Source of the DNA: Halarcobacter sp. | Lineage (GTDB): Bacteria; Campylobacterota; Campylobacteria; Campylobacterales; Arcobacteraceae | Assembly (NCBI GenBank): GCA_963676565.1 | Contig: OY781089.1 | Coordinates: 3,136,001-3,200,000, forward strand | Direction: 5' to 3' | Length of the DNA stretch: 64,000 nt | In this document: positions 30,813 to 40,822 of the stretch, one piece after another | How positions within the stretch are numbered: the stretch's first letter is position 1 | How the letters are laid out: every line of letters begins with the position of its first letter | Position numbers and translations under genes: made by a program | Notes under the pieces: generated by a model | Seen by the model: the letters and a program-made list of their open reading frames with translations, nothing else | Told to the model about the DNA's origin: nothing | The model's database searches: none

Positions 30813-31873
30813 AACCACAATATTTTTTGGTAGCTTTAACTATTGTTACTCTATTTTTTATGCTCGAGCTTTTTGACCCATTTATAAAACCAATGATAGT
30901 TGCTTTATTACTAGCAGTTGCTACTAATTCTATGAATATCTATTTTAAAAGGTTAATTCCAAACAATTTTTTAAGTTCAAGTTTAATGACAATATTTTTA
31001 ACTGCAATATTTTTTGTACCCGTTTTATATTGTATTTTTTCATTTGCAACTTTAATTAATAAAATTGACCAAAAAGCCTTATTTGAGATTTTTAAAGTTA
31101 CTCAAAATTGGGTTGAAAACCTACCTGAAGATTTTAATTTTATAAAAGAGCAATTAAATCTTATTTTAGAAAAAGTTGATATTCCTCAATTTATACAAAA
31201 CCTTTTTTCTATAGGTGCATATTTAGGTAAAAACTCTGCAAAATTTATTATTGATATGATAATGATTTTAGTATTTTTCTTTTTCTTTTCTTTCTATAGC
31301 TCAAATTTGGCAAGATATTTTAAAGAGGCTCTTCCCCTTAAAATGGAAGATTCAAACGCTTTATTTTATGAGTCATCAAATGTTATGAGTGTAGTTTTAT
31401 ATTCAATTTTAGCAACTGCTATTTTGGAAGGTTTCTTATTTGGTTTTTTTATAAGCTTCTTTGGTTATGATGGGATTTTACTTGGAGTTTTATACGGATT
31501 TGCTTCTTTAATTCCTGTTGTTGGAGGTCTTGTAATGTGGCTTCCTGTAGCTATTTATGAAATTTTTGCTGGAAGTACAACAAGTGCCATAGCTATTGTG
31601 GCATACTCTATTATTGTAATTTCTATAATTGCAGATACATTTATTAAACCTGTTATTATAAAATATATAAATCATAATATAGTAAAAACTCCAACTAAAG
31701 TAAACGAATTATTGATATTTTTCTCAATTGTAGCTGGTCTTTCAACATTTGGTTTTTGGGGAATGATTATTGGTCCAGCAATGGTAACATTCTTTATCTC
31801 ACTATTACAACTACTTAAAAAATTTAGTGACGATTTTTATAGTTTTGAACAAACCCTTGAAAATAAAGGTTAG
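30809..31873 (+). CDS. AI-2E family transporter
   Basis: Multi-[20 protein letters not shown]. Confidence 0.88.
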   Translation: MKPQYFLVALTIVTLFFMLELFDPFIKPMIVALLLAVATNSMNIYFKRLIPNNFLSSSLMTIFLTAIFFVPVLYCIFSFATLINKIDQKALFEIFKVTQNWVENLPEDFNFIKEQLNLILEKVDIPQFIQNLFSIGAYLGKNSAKFIIDMIMILVFFFFFSFYSSNLARYFKEALPLKMEDSNALFYESSNVMSVVLYSILATAILEGFLFGFFISFFGYDGILLGVLYGFASLIPVVGGLVMWLPVAIYEIFAGSTTSAIAIVAYSIIVISIIADTFIKPVIIKYINHNIVKTPTKVNELLIFFSIVAGLSTFGFWGMIIGPAMVTFFISLLQLLKKFSDDFYSFEQTLENKG

Positions 31874-31888
31874 GAATAGAAAATAATT

Positions 31889-32632
31889 CTATTCTTCACC
31901 TGATTCAAGTTCACCTTGATAAGTCATAATTCCATAGTCATAATTTAATACAGTTTTATATCCATTACTTAACATAATTCTTTGGCAATATGCACTTCTA
32001 CTTCCACTGTGGCAGTATAAAATAATTGGTAACTCTTTTTTATCTTCAATTTGATCTAATGACTGATAAAAAGAAGTTGTAGGAACTAAATAATCAGTCC
32101 CTTTAATTCTTGTACCAACCCATTCCATCCATTCCCTTGTATCAACAAGTAAAAAGTCAACAAACCCTAATTCTCTTGCTTCTAATAAAGCTTCAACTTC
32201 AGAAGCATTAACCTGAGATTTTGTTAACAACGCTTCGCATTCTTCCTTTGAGATACCCTTTGAATGAATAATCTCTTCTTTTAAATCACTTTTATCTTCT
32301 AATGATTTAGCATATTCAGGAGTACAGAAAATTGCACAGTGACAGTGTCCTTGAGTAGGGATCTCTTTAGTTAATGCAGGGGTACAGGGACAAAGTCTAT
32401 TATCCTCTTTTTCTCTTTGCTCAGCAGTTTCACCAACAACCATAAAACATGGGCAAAATCTTTGATTATATATAAGTTTGTTTCTTGTTAGTCCCATTTG
32501 AATAGATTCATTTACATCCATTTCAGGATTATAAACAAAACCATGTTCCTCACAAACTTTATCTGTAAATTGTTTTGTTAATTCAAGTTGAACTTGAAAT
32601 TCTTCACTCTCAACATCAATTTTTTTTATCAT
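31889..32632 (-). CDS. Ferredoxin:thioredoxin reductase catalytic domain fused to rhodanese
   Basis: CPC, CPC, CHC motifs; C-terminal VDTRE..EW and YCHSGSRS; start likely ATG 32632. Confidence 0.85.
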   Translation of the reverse strand: MIKKIDVESEEFQVQLELTKQFTDKVCEEHGFVYNPEMDVNESIQMGLTRNKLIYNQRFCPCFMVVGETAEQREKEDNRLCPCTPALTKEIPTQGHCHCAIFCTPEYAKSLEDKSDLKEEIIHSKGISKEECEALLTKSQVNASEVEALLEARELGFVDFLLVDTREWMEWVGTRIKGTDYLVPTTSFYQSLDQIEDKKELPIILYCHSGSRSAYCQRIMLSNGYKTVLNYDYGIMTYQGELESGEE

Positions 32633-32707
32633 TATACGTCCTAATTTCAAATATAAAAGGAAGTATATAAAAGATTAGTTTATATTTAGTTGGTATATAA
32701 AATTTAA

Positions 32708-33115
32708 TTAATTTGCTTCTATAAATTCTTTGAATATATCTAAGATATCATCTTTTGATTCTTCAAACTCTTCAGTTGTATTAAAACTTTTTAACTTCTC
32801 GCTTTTAAAATCACTTAGATGTTTTACATTTTTATAACCCATAGACCATTTTGGGAAAAGTCTTTCATCAATATCCTCTTCAAATAAATCTATTATGTTG
32901 GTATGTCTTTCGTCATTAGAAATTTTTTCATAGATACTTAATACATCATCTTTTTCACCCTCTAAACATTGTAAAAAAGTTCTTCCTTTTACAATTAAGA
33001 GTCCAGTAACCTCTTTTTTTTGATTATTGGTTCTAGATTTTTCAAGTATCTCTTCTAATTCTTTATCCTCAAAAATTTTTGTTGCGGAACTAGTATATAA
33101 GATTCTATACATCAT
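32708..33115 (-). CDS. Stand-alone BLUF blue-light sensor
   Basis: LYTS, NN..VTGLL, FLQCLEG, DERH, FPKWSM. Confidence 0.92.
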   Translation of the reverse strand: MMYRILYTSSATKIFEDKELEEILEKSRTNNQKKEVTGLLIVKGRTFLQCLEGEKDDVLSIYEKISNDERHTNIIDLFEEDIDERLFPKWSMGYKNVKHLSDFKSEKLKSFNTTEEFEESKDDILDIFKEFIEAN

Positions 33116-33187
33116 AAAACTCCATAGATGATTTATTTATATAATCATAACAAAAAAGTGTATTTAAATAGTATCAAAAATAAGAAA

Positions 33188-33215
33188 AATAAAAAGAGGA
33201 AAACCTCTTTTTATT
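33188..33215 (-). terminator. Intrinsic terminator of cytochrome c gene
   Basis: AATAAAAAGAGG-aaaa-CCTCTTTTTATT at the stop codon. Confidence 0.7.
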
Positions 33216-33867
33216 ATAAAGTAGAAATAAATGTAGCTAATGCTTTTATATCATTGTCAGATAGATTTGTAACTTGGCTTTTCATTACACCTTTCATAGC
33301 TCCACCATAAGTGTCATTTTTATATCCATTTAAAGCATCAATTGTTTTTGAAACTTCCCAACCTTTTATAATTTGAGATTTTCCTAATGCAGGATTTTGT
33401 GCATTTGCACCATGACATGCAGCACACTTCATAAATAACCCTTGCCCTTTTGCAACTAAATCATCTTCACTTGCTGTTACTTCTTCTACTTTTGCTGCAA
33501 CTTCATTTACTGTTTGTGTAACTTTTTCTTTTGTTGTGTTAGCAGCTTCTTGAACCTCTTTTGTTACTTCTTCTGTAGTTGTAGCAACTTTTTCACTTAC
33601 ACTTTTAACTACAGGGCTTGCAGCATCAACAATCTTTTTTGACTCTTCCATAACTTTTGAAGCAACATTTGAAGTTGATTCTTTAACTTGATCAACTAAT
33701 TTTGATTCAGCAGATTTTTCTTCAGAAACCTCTTTTTCAACTTTAGGTTCTTGTTTTACTACCTCTTGTTTAGCATCTTCAACAACTTTAGATTCAGCAG
33801 TTTTATCTTCACCACATCCAGTTAATAACGCAATTGCAACTATAGAACTTAATAAAATTTTTTTCAT
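33214..33867 (-). CDS. Lipoprotein cytochrome c553-like with long linker
   Basis: Lipobox LTGC; E/K/V/T-rich linker; CAACH and distal Met region. Confidence 0.88.
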   Translation of the reverse strand: MKKILLSSIVAIALLTGCGEDKTAESKVVEDAKQEVVKQEPKVEKEVSEEKSAESKLVDQVKESTSNVASKVMEESKKIVDAASPVVKSVSEKVATTTEEVTKEVQEAANTTKEKVTQTVNEVAAKVEEVTASEDDLVAKGQGLFMKCAACHGANAQNPALGKSQIIKGWEVSKTIDALNGYKNDTYGGAMKGVMKSQVTNLSDNDIKALATFISTL

Positions 33868-33953
33868 TTAACCAACCTTTTAAAATAATTTAGAATTTTA
33901 CTTTTTTAAAATTAAAAAGATATTAATAACATATTATATATTTAATTGTGTAA

Positions 33954-36188
33954 CTATTGTGCTACAGCTTCTAAAGGTTTATATGTAAATTTAAACTCCT
34001 CTTTAACAAAATCAATTTTAACTTGACCACCTTTTTTAAGTCTTCCAAATAAAATCTCATCGGTAAGAACATTTTTAATTTTATCTGAAATAACTCGTCC
34101 AAGAGGTCTAGCTCCCATTGCTTTATCATAACCAAGTCTAGCAAGCTCATTTTTAGCCTTAGCAGTAATAGAAATCTTGATTTTTTTATTTACCAATTGT
34201 TTTTCTAAATCTTCTATAAATTTACCAGCAACTTGTGAAACAATATCAGGACTTAATGATGTAAAGCTAACCATTGCATCAAGTCTATTTCTAAACTCAG
34301 GAGCAAAGAATTTATTAACTGCTTTATTTTCATTTAATGAATCATCTTTAGCAAAGCCCATAACATTTGCTTCTGCTGCACCTAAATTTGATGTCATAAT
34401 TAAAATAACATTTTGGAAATCTGCTTTATTACCACTATTATCAGTTAATTCTGCATTATCCATAACTTGAAGTAGGATTGACATTAAGTCTGGGTGTGCT
34501 TTTTCAATTTCATCTAGAAGTAAAACACAATGTGGATGTTTCCTAATGGCTTCTGTTAATAATCCACCATTTTCAAATCCAACATATCCTGCAGGAGCTC
34601 CAATTAATCTTGAGATTGTATGAGCTTCCATATATTCACTCATATCAAATCTTTCAAAATGGATTCCTAATTGATTAGATAACTCTTTTGCAACTTCTGT
34701 TTTACCAACACCTGTAGGTCCTGTAAAAAGAAAACTTCCAATAGGTTTTTTATCAATATTAAGTCCTGCTTTGTTTCTTTTGATTGACTGTGCAATAGTA
34801 CTAATCGCACTATCTTGACCAAATACTCTTTTTTGCATTCTTTTTTCAAGATTCTTAAGTAATGAAACATCAGACTTAGTTGCAGCTTTTGATGGTATAT
34901 GTGCCATTCTTGCAACTGTATCTTCTACATCTTTTTGAGTAATTTTAATATTGCTTTTATTTACACTTGAGTATTGAATCTTTTTACTAGCACCAACCTC
35001 ATCAATAACATCAATGGCACTATCTGGTAAAAATCTATCAGTTATATATTTTTTACTAAGTTCAACTGCCATTTCAATTGCTGTTTTGTTGTATTGTACA
35101 CTATGATACTCTTCATATTTTGGTTTTAAACCTTCCAAAATAGCAACAGCATCTTCTAAAGATGGCTCATCTATATCAACTTTTGCGAATCTTCTTGATA
35201 AAGCTTTATCTTTTGAAAAATCATTTCTAAATTCTGCAAATGTTGTAGCCCCTATACATTTTAACTTTCCATTTGCTAGCATTGGTTTTAGTATATTAGA
35301 AGCATCCATAGCACTTCCACTAACACTTCCTGCCCCAACAATTGTATGAATCTCATCAATAAATAAAATTGCATTAGGGATTGCACTTACCTCTTTTAGT
35401 AAAGATTTTAATTTTTTCTCAAAATCTCCTCTATATTTAGTCCCTGCAACCATTGAACCCATATCTAAAGAGAATATCTTTGCATTTTCTAAAAACTCAG
35501 GAACTCTTTTATTTGCTATTTCTAAAGCTAATCCTTCTGCAATTGCAGTTTTACCAACTCCAGGTTCACCAACTAAAATTGGGTTATTTTTCTTTCTTCT
35601 TCCTAAGATTTGAATAACCCTTTGGATTTCATTTACCCTTCCAATAACTGGATCTATTTCACCTTTGTGTGCAAGGGCAACTAACTCTGTTGAGTTTTTA
35701 TCTAATACTTTATTCTCTTTTTCAAGCCCTGGTTTAGAACCAATTTCACCCTCTTCTAAATCATCTTCTTTATGAGAGATTTCCTCAAGAATATCAACCC
35801 TTTCAACACCTGCTGATTTTAAAATAAAAGTAGCATATGATTTTTCATCTTTTAAAATAGCTACAAACATATCTTCAACACTTGCATTTCTTCTTCCACT
35901 TGCTTGTGCACTTGCAACCATATTCTCAATAATTGAAGTTAAAGTAATAGTTTCTATTGGCTCATCTTCAACATTTTCAGGATATATTGGTGTGTTTTCA
36001 TCAATATGTTTTTTTATATCATTGAATATTTTATTTTGATCAAGTCCTAAATCATTAAATAAATTCTCAATAACTTCATCATGAATCAACATTAAAAAAA
36101 TATGTTCAATGGTTAAATATTCATGTCTACTTTTTTTTGCATAGCCAACAGCTTGTGCAAATATATTTCTTAATTCTTTACTAATCAT
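33954..36188 (-). CDS. clpA: Clp protease ATP-binding subunit
   Basis: Two AAA modules, MGF loop, follows clpS. Confidence 0.96.
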   Translation of the reverse strand: MISKELRNIFAQAVGYAKKSRHEYLTIEHIFLMLIHDEVIENLFNDLGLDQNKIFNDIKKHIDENTPIYPENVEDEPIETITLTSIIENMVASAQASGRRNASVEDMFVAILKDEKSYATFILKSAGVERVDILEEISHKEDDLEEGEIGSKPGLEKENKVLDKNSTELVALAHKGEIDPVIGRVNEIQRVIQILGRRKKNNPILVGEPGVGKTAIAEGLALEIANKRVPEFLENAKIFSLDMGSMVAGTKYRGDFEKKLKSLLKEVSAIPNAILFIDEIHTIVGAGSVSGSAMDASNILKPMLANGKLKCIGATTFAEFRNDFSKDKALSRRFAKVDIDEPSLEDAVAILEGLKPKYEEYHSVQYNKTAIEMAVELSKKYITDRFLPDSAIDVIDEVGASKKIQYSSVNKSNIKITQKDVEDTVARMAHIPSKAATKSDVSLLKNLEKRMQKRVFGQDSAISTIAQSIKRNKAGLNIDKKPIGSFLFTGPTGVGKTEVAKELSNQLGIHFERFDMSEYMEAHTISRLIGAPAGYVGFENGGLLTEAIRKHPHCVLLLDEIEKAHPDLMSILLQVMDNAELTDNSGNKADFQNVILIMTSNLGAAEANVMGFAKDDSLNENKAVNKFFAPEFRNRLDAMVSFTSLSPDIVSQVAGKFIEDLEKQLVNKKIKISITAKAKNELARLGYDKAMGARPLGRVISDKIKNVLTDEILFGRLKKGGQVKIDFVKEEFKFTYKPLEAVAQ

Positions 36189-36192
36189 AATC

Positions 36193-36492
36193 TTACTCTT
36201 CTTCCATTATAGCTTTTAGAGGGAAACCCTTTTCTCTAGCCAATGTTTTAACCTGAGCTACTTTTGTAGAGGCAATCTCATGGGTATAAATCCCACATAC
36301 TTCTTTGCCATTATTATGAATATTAAGCATTATTTGAGTAGCTTGGTCAACTGTTTTTCTGAAAATCCTTGTTAATACATCAATAACAAAATCCATAGTT
36401 GAATAATCATCATTCAACAATAAAACCTTAAATTTTTTAGGTTCTGCTACTTCTAAGTTACTATCTAATTCAATTTCTAATTCGTTTGCCAA
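36193..36492 (-). CDS. clpS: Clp protease adaptor
   Basis: LLNDDYSTMDFV; start probably TTG 36492 (ATG 36513 alternative). Confidence 0.94.
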   Translation of the reverse strand: MANELEIELDSNLEVAEPKKFKVLLLNDDYSTMDFVIDVLTRIFRKTVDQATQIMLNIHNNGKEVCGIYTHEIASTKVAQVKTLAREKGFPLKAIMEEE

Positions 36493-36630
36493 AATAATAC
36501 CTTCTAAATTCATTTATTGTATATATTATAACAAAAAACTCCTAATGAAGGTAAAACAAATTGTTTATTAAATAATTTAAAGATTTTTTTATTTTTTGAT
36601 ATAATCCCCTTTTTAATATATTGGAGATAT

Positions 36631-37236
36631 ATGATTTTATTTATTAGTGCAACAAATACTGATGTAGGTAAAACCTATGCCTGTGAAAAAATTTTAAAAC
36701 ATTATTCAAATAAGGGTTTAAAGGTTGGATATTTTAAACCATGCGAAACCGGCGTAATTAATACGCCACTTGATGGAACAAAAATGCTTAATTTAGTAAA
36801 AAAGCTTAACCCCGATTTTGATTTAGATATAAATGAAGTAGTTCCCTATCAATTTGAACTACCAGCGGCACCCTATGTAGCAAAAAAAGATTCTGATATA
36901 GATATAGACTTTTTAAAAAAGCAAATAATATACTTAAAATCTTTTTGTGATGTATTGGTTATTGAAGGGGCAGGAGGACTTATGGTTCCCATAAAAAAAG
37001 ATTTATTTATAATTGATTTAATTAAAGAGTTTGAGGCAAAAGCTGTATTAATAAGTCCTTCGAAGCTTGGTTGTATAAATGACACCCTACTTTCAATTGA
37101 AGCTTTAAAAAATAGAAATATCGATTTTGATTGGTATATAAATCTTTATCAAGATAAAGATAGTTTTAATGAAGTAAGTAGACCTTTTTTAGAAGATTAT
37201 TTTAAAGAATTAAAGTTTTTGAAGGATTTAGATTAA
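36631..37236 (+). CDS. bioD: Dethiobiotin synthase
   Basis: TNTDVGKT, FKP, EGAGG, LGCIN. Confidence 0.95.
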   Translation: MILFISATNTDVGKTYACEKILKHYSNKGLKVGYFKPCETGVINTPLDGTKMLNLVKKLNPDFDLDINEVVPYQFELPAAPYVAKKDSDIDIDFLKKQIIYLKSFCDVLVIEGAGGLMVPIKKDLFIIDLIKEFEAKAVLISPSKLGCINDTLLSIEALKNRNIDFDWYINLYQDKDSFNEVSRPFLEDYFKELKFLKDLD

Positions 37237-37238
37237 CT

Positions 37239-38420
37239 CTAAATCCTCTCTTTTATTTTTGTATAATAGTATGCAAATACAAAAAATCCCATACCTATAA
37301 AAATTGTAATTAATTCTAAAGAGATTAAATCTGCCATAATTCCTATAAAAAATGTTGTTAAAATATTTGAAACCATAAAAATCATATCATTATAAGAAAT
37401 TACTCTTCCTAAGTATTTTTGTTCAACATTTTCTTGAATTAACGCATAAGTATATGACCAAATAGTTGTTGTCATAAAGCCTGTTAAAAAAACTGCAAAT
37501 AAAGCATAATAAAAATTAAACTGGAAAACTCCCCAAAGAATAATTGCAACTCCTTGGAAAATGAAAATATAAGTTAAAGTATCTTTATTGACTTTATTTG
37601 TTATAAAAAATGGTCCTATCATAAGTGCAAGGGCACGTATTGCGTTTGTAATACCAATTGCTAGAGGAACAGCAATGATTGTTCTATATTCATTTTTTGC
37701 TAAAAGAGTAACCAAAGTATCAAAGGCAGTTAAACCAACAGAAGAGTGAAGAATTATCAAATGTAAAACTATTTTATGGTTTTTTATATATAAAAAACCA
37801 TCTTTTATCATTGATGAAATTTTCTCTTTAGTATGAATAATCTCTACTTTAAATTCAATATTCAAAAATATAATTATTGCAGCTAGAAAAAATAAAATAT
37901 CAATAACAATTGCAGTTTTTATTCCATAAGCATTTACAACTAAACCACTAATTCCCATACCAGCTGCATATGTAAATGACCATATTATTGAATGTATCTC
38001 ATTTGTTTTTTGTAAAGCTTTTCCACTAACTAACTTTGGAAGTAAAGACATCTCCGTTGAAAAGAACATTGAGGCACTGCCCATTCTAATAAATATTAAA
38101 ATCATCAAAATCCAAATCTCATCTTTTGAATCAATAGTTAAAAGTAAGACCGTCATAATAAGTTCAGTTGATAACAATACAAACATCAAAGATTTAATCT
38201 TAAACCTATCAATTATTGCACCTGAAAGGGGAGCTATTAATATAGCAGGAAGAAGATGCATAGCTGTTACAACTGAAATAGCAAGAGCAGATGAACCAAA
38301 CTCTACAAGCATAGTATAAATTGCAACATTTGAGAACCATGCACCAAAATATGCAACAAATTGCAGAAGTGTAAGTTTTCTAATAATGGGATTATTGGCT
38401 AATAATTCATAATAATTCAA
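37239..38420 (-). CDS. MFS transporter
   Basis: ~12 TM, GAIIDRF motif A. Confidence 0.88.
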   Translation of the reverse strand: MNYYELLANNPIIRKLTLLQFVAYFGAWFSNVAIYTMLVEFGSSALAISVVTAMHLLPAILIAPLSGAIIDRFKIKSLMFVLLSTELIMTVLLLTIDSKDEIWILMILIFIRMGSASMFFSTEMSLLPKLVSGKALQKTNEIHSIIWSFTYAAGMGISGLVVNAYGIKTAIVIDILFFLAAIIIFLNIEFKVEIIHTKEKISSMIKDGFLYIKNHKIVLHLIILHSSVGLTAFDTLVTLLAKNEYRTIIAVPLAIGITNAIRALALMIGPFFITNKVNKDTLTYIFIFQGVAIILWGVFQFNFYYALFAVFLTGFMTTTIWSYTYALIQENVEQKYLGRVISYNDMIFMVSNILTTFFIGIMADLISLELITIFIGMGFFVFAYYYTKIKERI

Positions 38421-40119
38421 GTCGTACTAAAGCCTCTTGGAATATTGCAGAATTTGATAATTCATCACTTTTGTGGCTTGTAAGGTAGTTTGCTTTTTTA
38501 TTTCCTGCATATAACGCTATACAATTTTCTTTTATATCATCATCAAGTTTGACAATAAAATTTGCTTCTCCAAATGATGTTGAAGCTTTCACTTCATCAC
38601 CCTCTTCAAAACCACAATTTGAATTTAAATATAAATAATTATCATATATAAATTGTGAATTTAAATTCTCTTTTCTCTTTCTAAAAAGCAAATAAAATTG
38701 ACCTTCATTTTTATCTTCATATAAATTATCAACTTCTAAATCTTCAAGAAAATCAAAATTTTCTATATATGAATCTCTTTGAGGTTCAAAATTTTTATAA
38801 TAGTTTATTACTTCATCTTCAGATATCAAATCATCAAAACCAAAGTTCTTAAAAAGATATTCTGTAAGTTCATATTCTGAAATTGTATTTGTATTTTTGT
38901 TTTCTATAATATTTGAAACTGCTTTAAACTCATGACCATAAGAAAGTCTAACATCTTTTTTTGCTTTAAAATTTGTTGCAGGGATAATAACATCTGCATA
39001 TTCACAGGTATCATTAAAAGTAGTCCCAAAAAATATAACAAAACTATTTTTTAGTCCCTCTATAACTCTTTTTGTATTTGGAGCTGAAACTACAGGATTA
39101 GCTCCTTGTATAAAAACTAAATCATATTTTGAAAAGTCAACCTGTGGTAAATCAACTTTATTACTTGTTTTAGCTTCAAACTTTTTTTCATATCCAAAAT
39201 TTGAATCACTTAGATACCAAACTCCACCTTTATCTTTATTATGAAGACCAATAAAAGCTGCAAAAGAATCTATTGCTCTAAAAATATTTGCACCTTCATA
39301 ATATTTTTGTGGTCCAATTCCTAAAAGTATAGAAACTGATTTTCCTTTGATTAGTTCAAACATTTTAGAAACATCACTTAATGAAATCCCTGTAGTAGCC
39401 TCATAAGAAATTATAGGTCTTTCTTTTGATAATTCAAAAAAATCTTCTGCTCCATTTGAATTATTTTGTATAAATTCTTCATCTTCTAAATCTTCCATAT
39501 AAGCAAATCGAGTAAATAAAAGTGCCAATTCATGGTCAGTTTTGGGATTAATTTGAAAGTGTATTTCGCTTTTTTTAGCAATTTTTGTTTTTACAGGATC
39601 AATAGTAATAAAAGTCTTATCTTTAATAAGATTATACATATGAGGAGATGTAACACTTAGATTTCTTCCCCAAACAATAATAATATCTGAATCAATTAGA
39701 TTTTGAGTTGGTGGGTTTAGATTAAAACCTCTACCTAAAGAGATACCTTTATCTCCAACACCATTACATAAACTTCCTTTTGTAAGTGTTGCACCATATT
39801 TTGCAAAAAAAGTTTTAGGTGAACTTTGCATAACTCCTAAATTTCCAGCACCTTTATAGTAAAGCACCTTTTTAGGCTCAGTCTCTTTTAGTTTTTTTCT
39901 TAGTAAATTAAGTGATTCATCTAAATTAACTTTTTGCTTATCTATAAATGAATTCTCTAAAAAATTTTCTTTTAATAGATTTGCAAAATTTATACAAAGT
40001 TTTGATTTTGTAATTGGGTGTTCTTTATTTGCCTTAATATTTTCACCATCAAAAACTGCTTCACAGGTATCAAAGCAATCAAGTGGGCAGGCAATAGTAT
40101 TTAAACTATTTGAATTCAA
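38407..40119 (-). CDS. Molybdopterin-dependent oxidoreductase family protein (compact, divergent)
   Basis: CPLDCFDTC..LC, WGRN, IDP, GANP, YADVIIPA. Confidence 0.82.
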   Translation of the reverse strand: MNSNSLNTIACPLDCFDTCEAVFDGENIKANKEHPITKSKLCINFANLLKENFLENSFIDKQKVNLDESLNLLRKKLKETEPKKVLYYKGAGNLGVMQSSPKTFFAKYGATLTKGSLCNGVGDKGISLGRGFNLNPPTQNLIDSDIIIVWGRNLSVTSPHMYNLIKDKTFITIDPVKTKIAKKSEIHFQINPKTDHELALLFTRFAYMEDLEDEEFIQNNSNGAEDFFELSKERPIISYEATTGISLSDVSKMFELIKGKSVSILLGIGPQKYYEGANIFRAIDSFAAFIGLHNKDKGGVWYLSDSNFGYEKKFEAKTSNKVDLPQVDFSKYDLVFIQGANPVVSAPNTKRVIEGLKNSFVIFFGTTFNDTCEYADVIIPATNFKAKKDVRLSYGHEFKAVSNIIENKNTNTISEYELTEYLFKNFGFDDLISEDEVINYYKNFEPQRDSYIENFDFLEDLEVDNLYEDKNEGQFYLLFRKRKENLNSQFIYDNYLYLNSNCGFEEGDEVKASTSFGEANFIVKLDDDIKENCIALYAGNKKANYLTSHKSDELSNSAIFQEALVRLELL

Positions 40120-40813
40120 CTTTTACTAACCTAGAAAAAACTTTTGGATTATCAATAACAATTTCAACTTTATAAGATGAGATATGTTTTTCATCTGCTA
40201 CTTTAAATATTTTGTTTATTTTTAAAGAGCTTTCTTTTCCATCTAAATATATTTTTTTAGATTGAATTTTTTCAATCTCATCAATTGGAACAAAAATCTC
40301 TAATTTCCCTTTACTTAAATCTTTTGATTCATAAAGAAGAGTACCTGGAGTAACATAAGTTCCCTCTTTAACTGCTATGTTATAAATATAATTGTTTTTT
40401 TCAATAAGTCTTTTATTTTTTATACTATCTTTTAAATTTGCAATTTTTATTTCAATATCAGCTTTTGTTACTTGATAATTTATCACTTTGATTTTTTGAT
40501 TATCTTTTTCATATCCAGATTTAGAAGTAACCTTTAAAAGTCTATTATAGTTTTTTTCTTCAACCTTCATCATCTCTTCAATAGCTTTTAACTTCATTTT
40601 TGATTGTTCTAAATCTATTCTGTCAACATAAGAATCTATTTCAATTATCTTTGTATTTTTTGCTTTTTTACCCTCAATTTCACTATTAGAAAATATCACT
40701 TTACCACTAACTGAAGATTTTACTTCAAAACTTTCAATAGGCTGTAATTTTGCATAATATTCAGTTGCAAATGCTGAACTTAACATAACTAATACTACTA
40801 ATAAATATCTCAT
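40106..40813 (-). CDS. HlyD/membrane-fusion-like periplasmic protein
   Basis: Signal peptide, VKSSVSGKV and VKEGTYVTPG lipoyl halves around coiled coil. Confidence 0.7.
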   Translation of the reverse strand: MRYLLVVLVMLSSAFATEYYAKLQPIESFEVKSSVSGKVIFSNSEIEGKKAKNTKIIEIDSYVDRIDLEQSKMKLKAIEEMMKVEEKNYNRLLKVTSKSGYEKDNQKIKVINYQVTKADIEIKIANLKDSIKNKRLIEKNNYIYNIAVKEGTYVTPGTLLYESKDLSKGKLEIFVPIDEIEKIQSKKIYLDGKESSLKINKIFKVADEKHISSYKVEIVIDNPKVFSRLVKVEFK

Positions 40814-40822
40814 ATTTACCTC

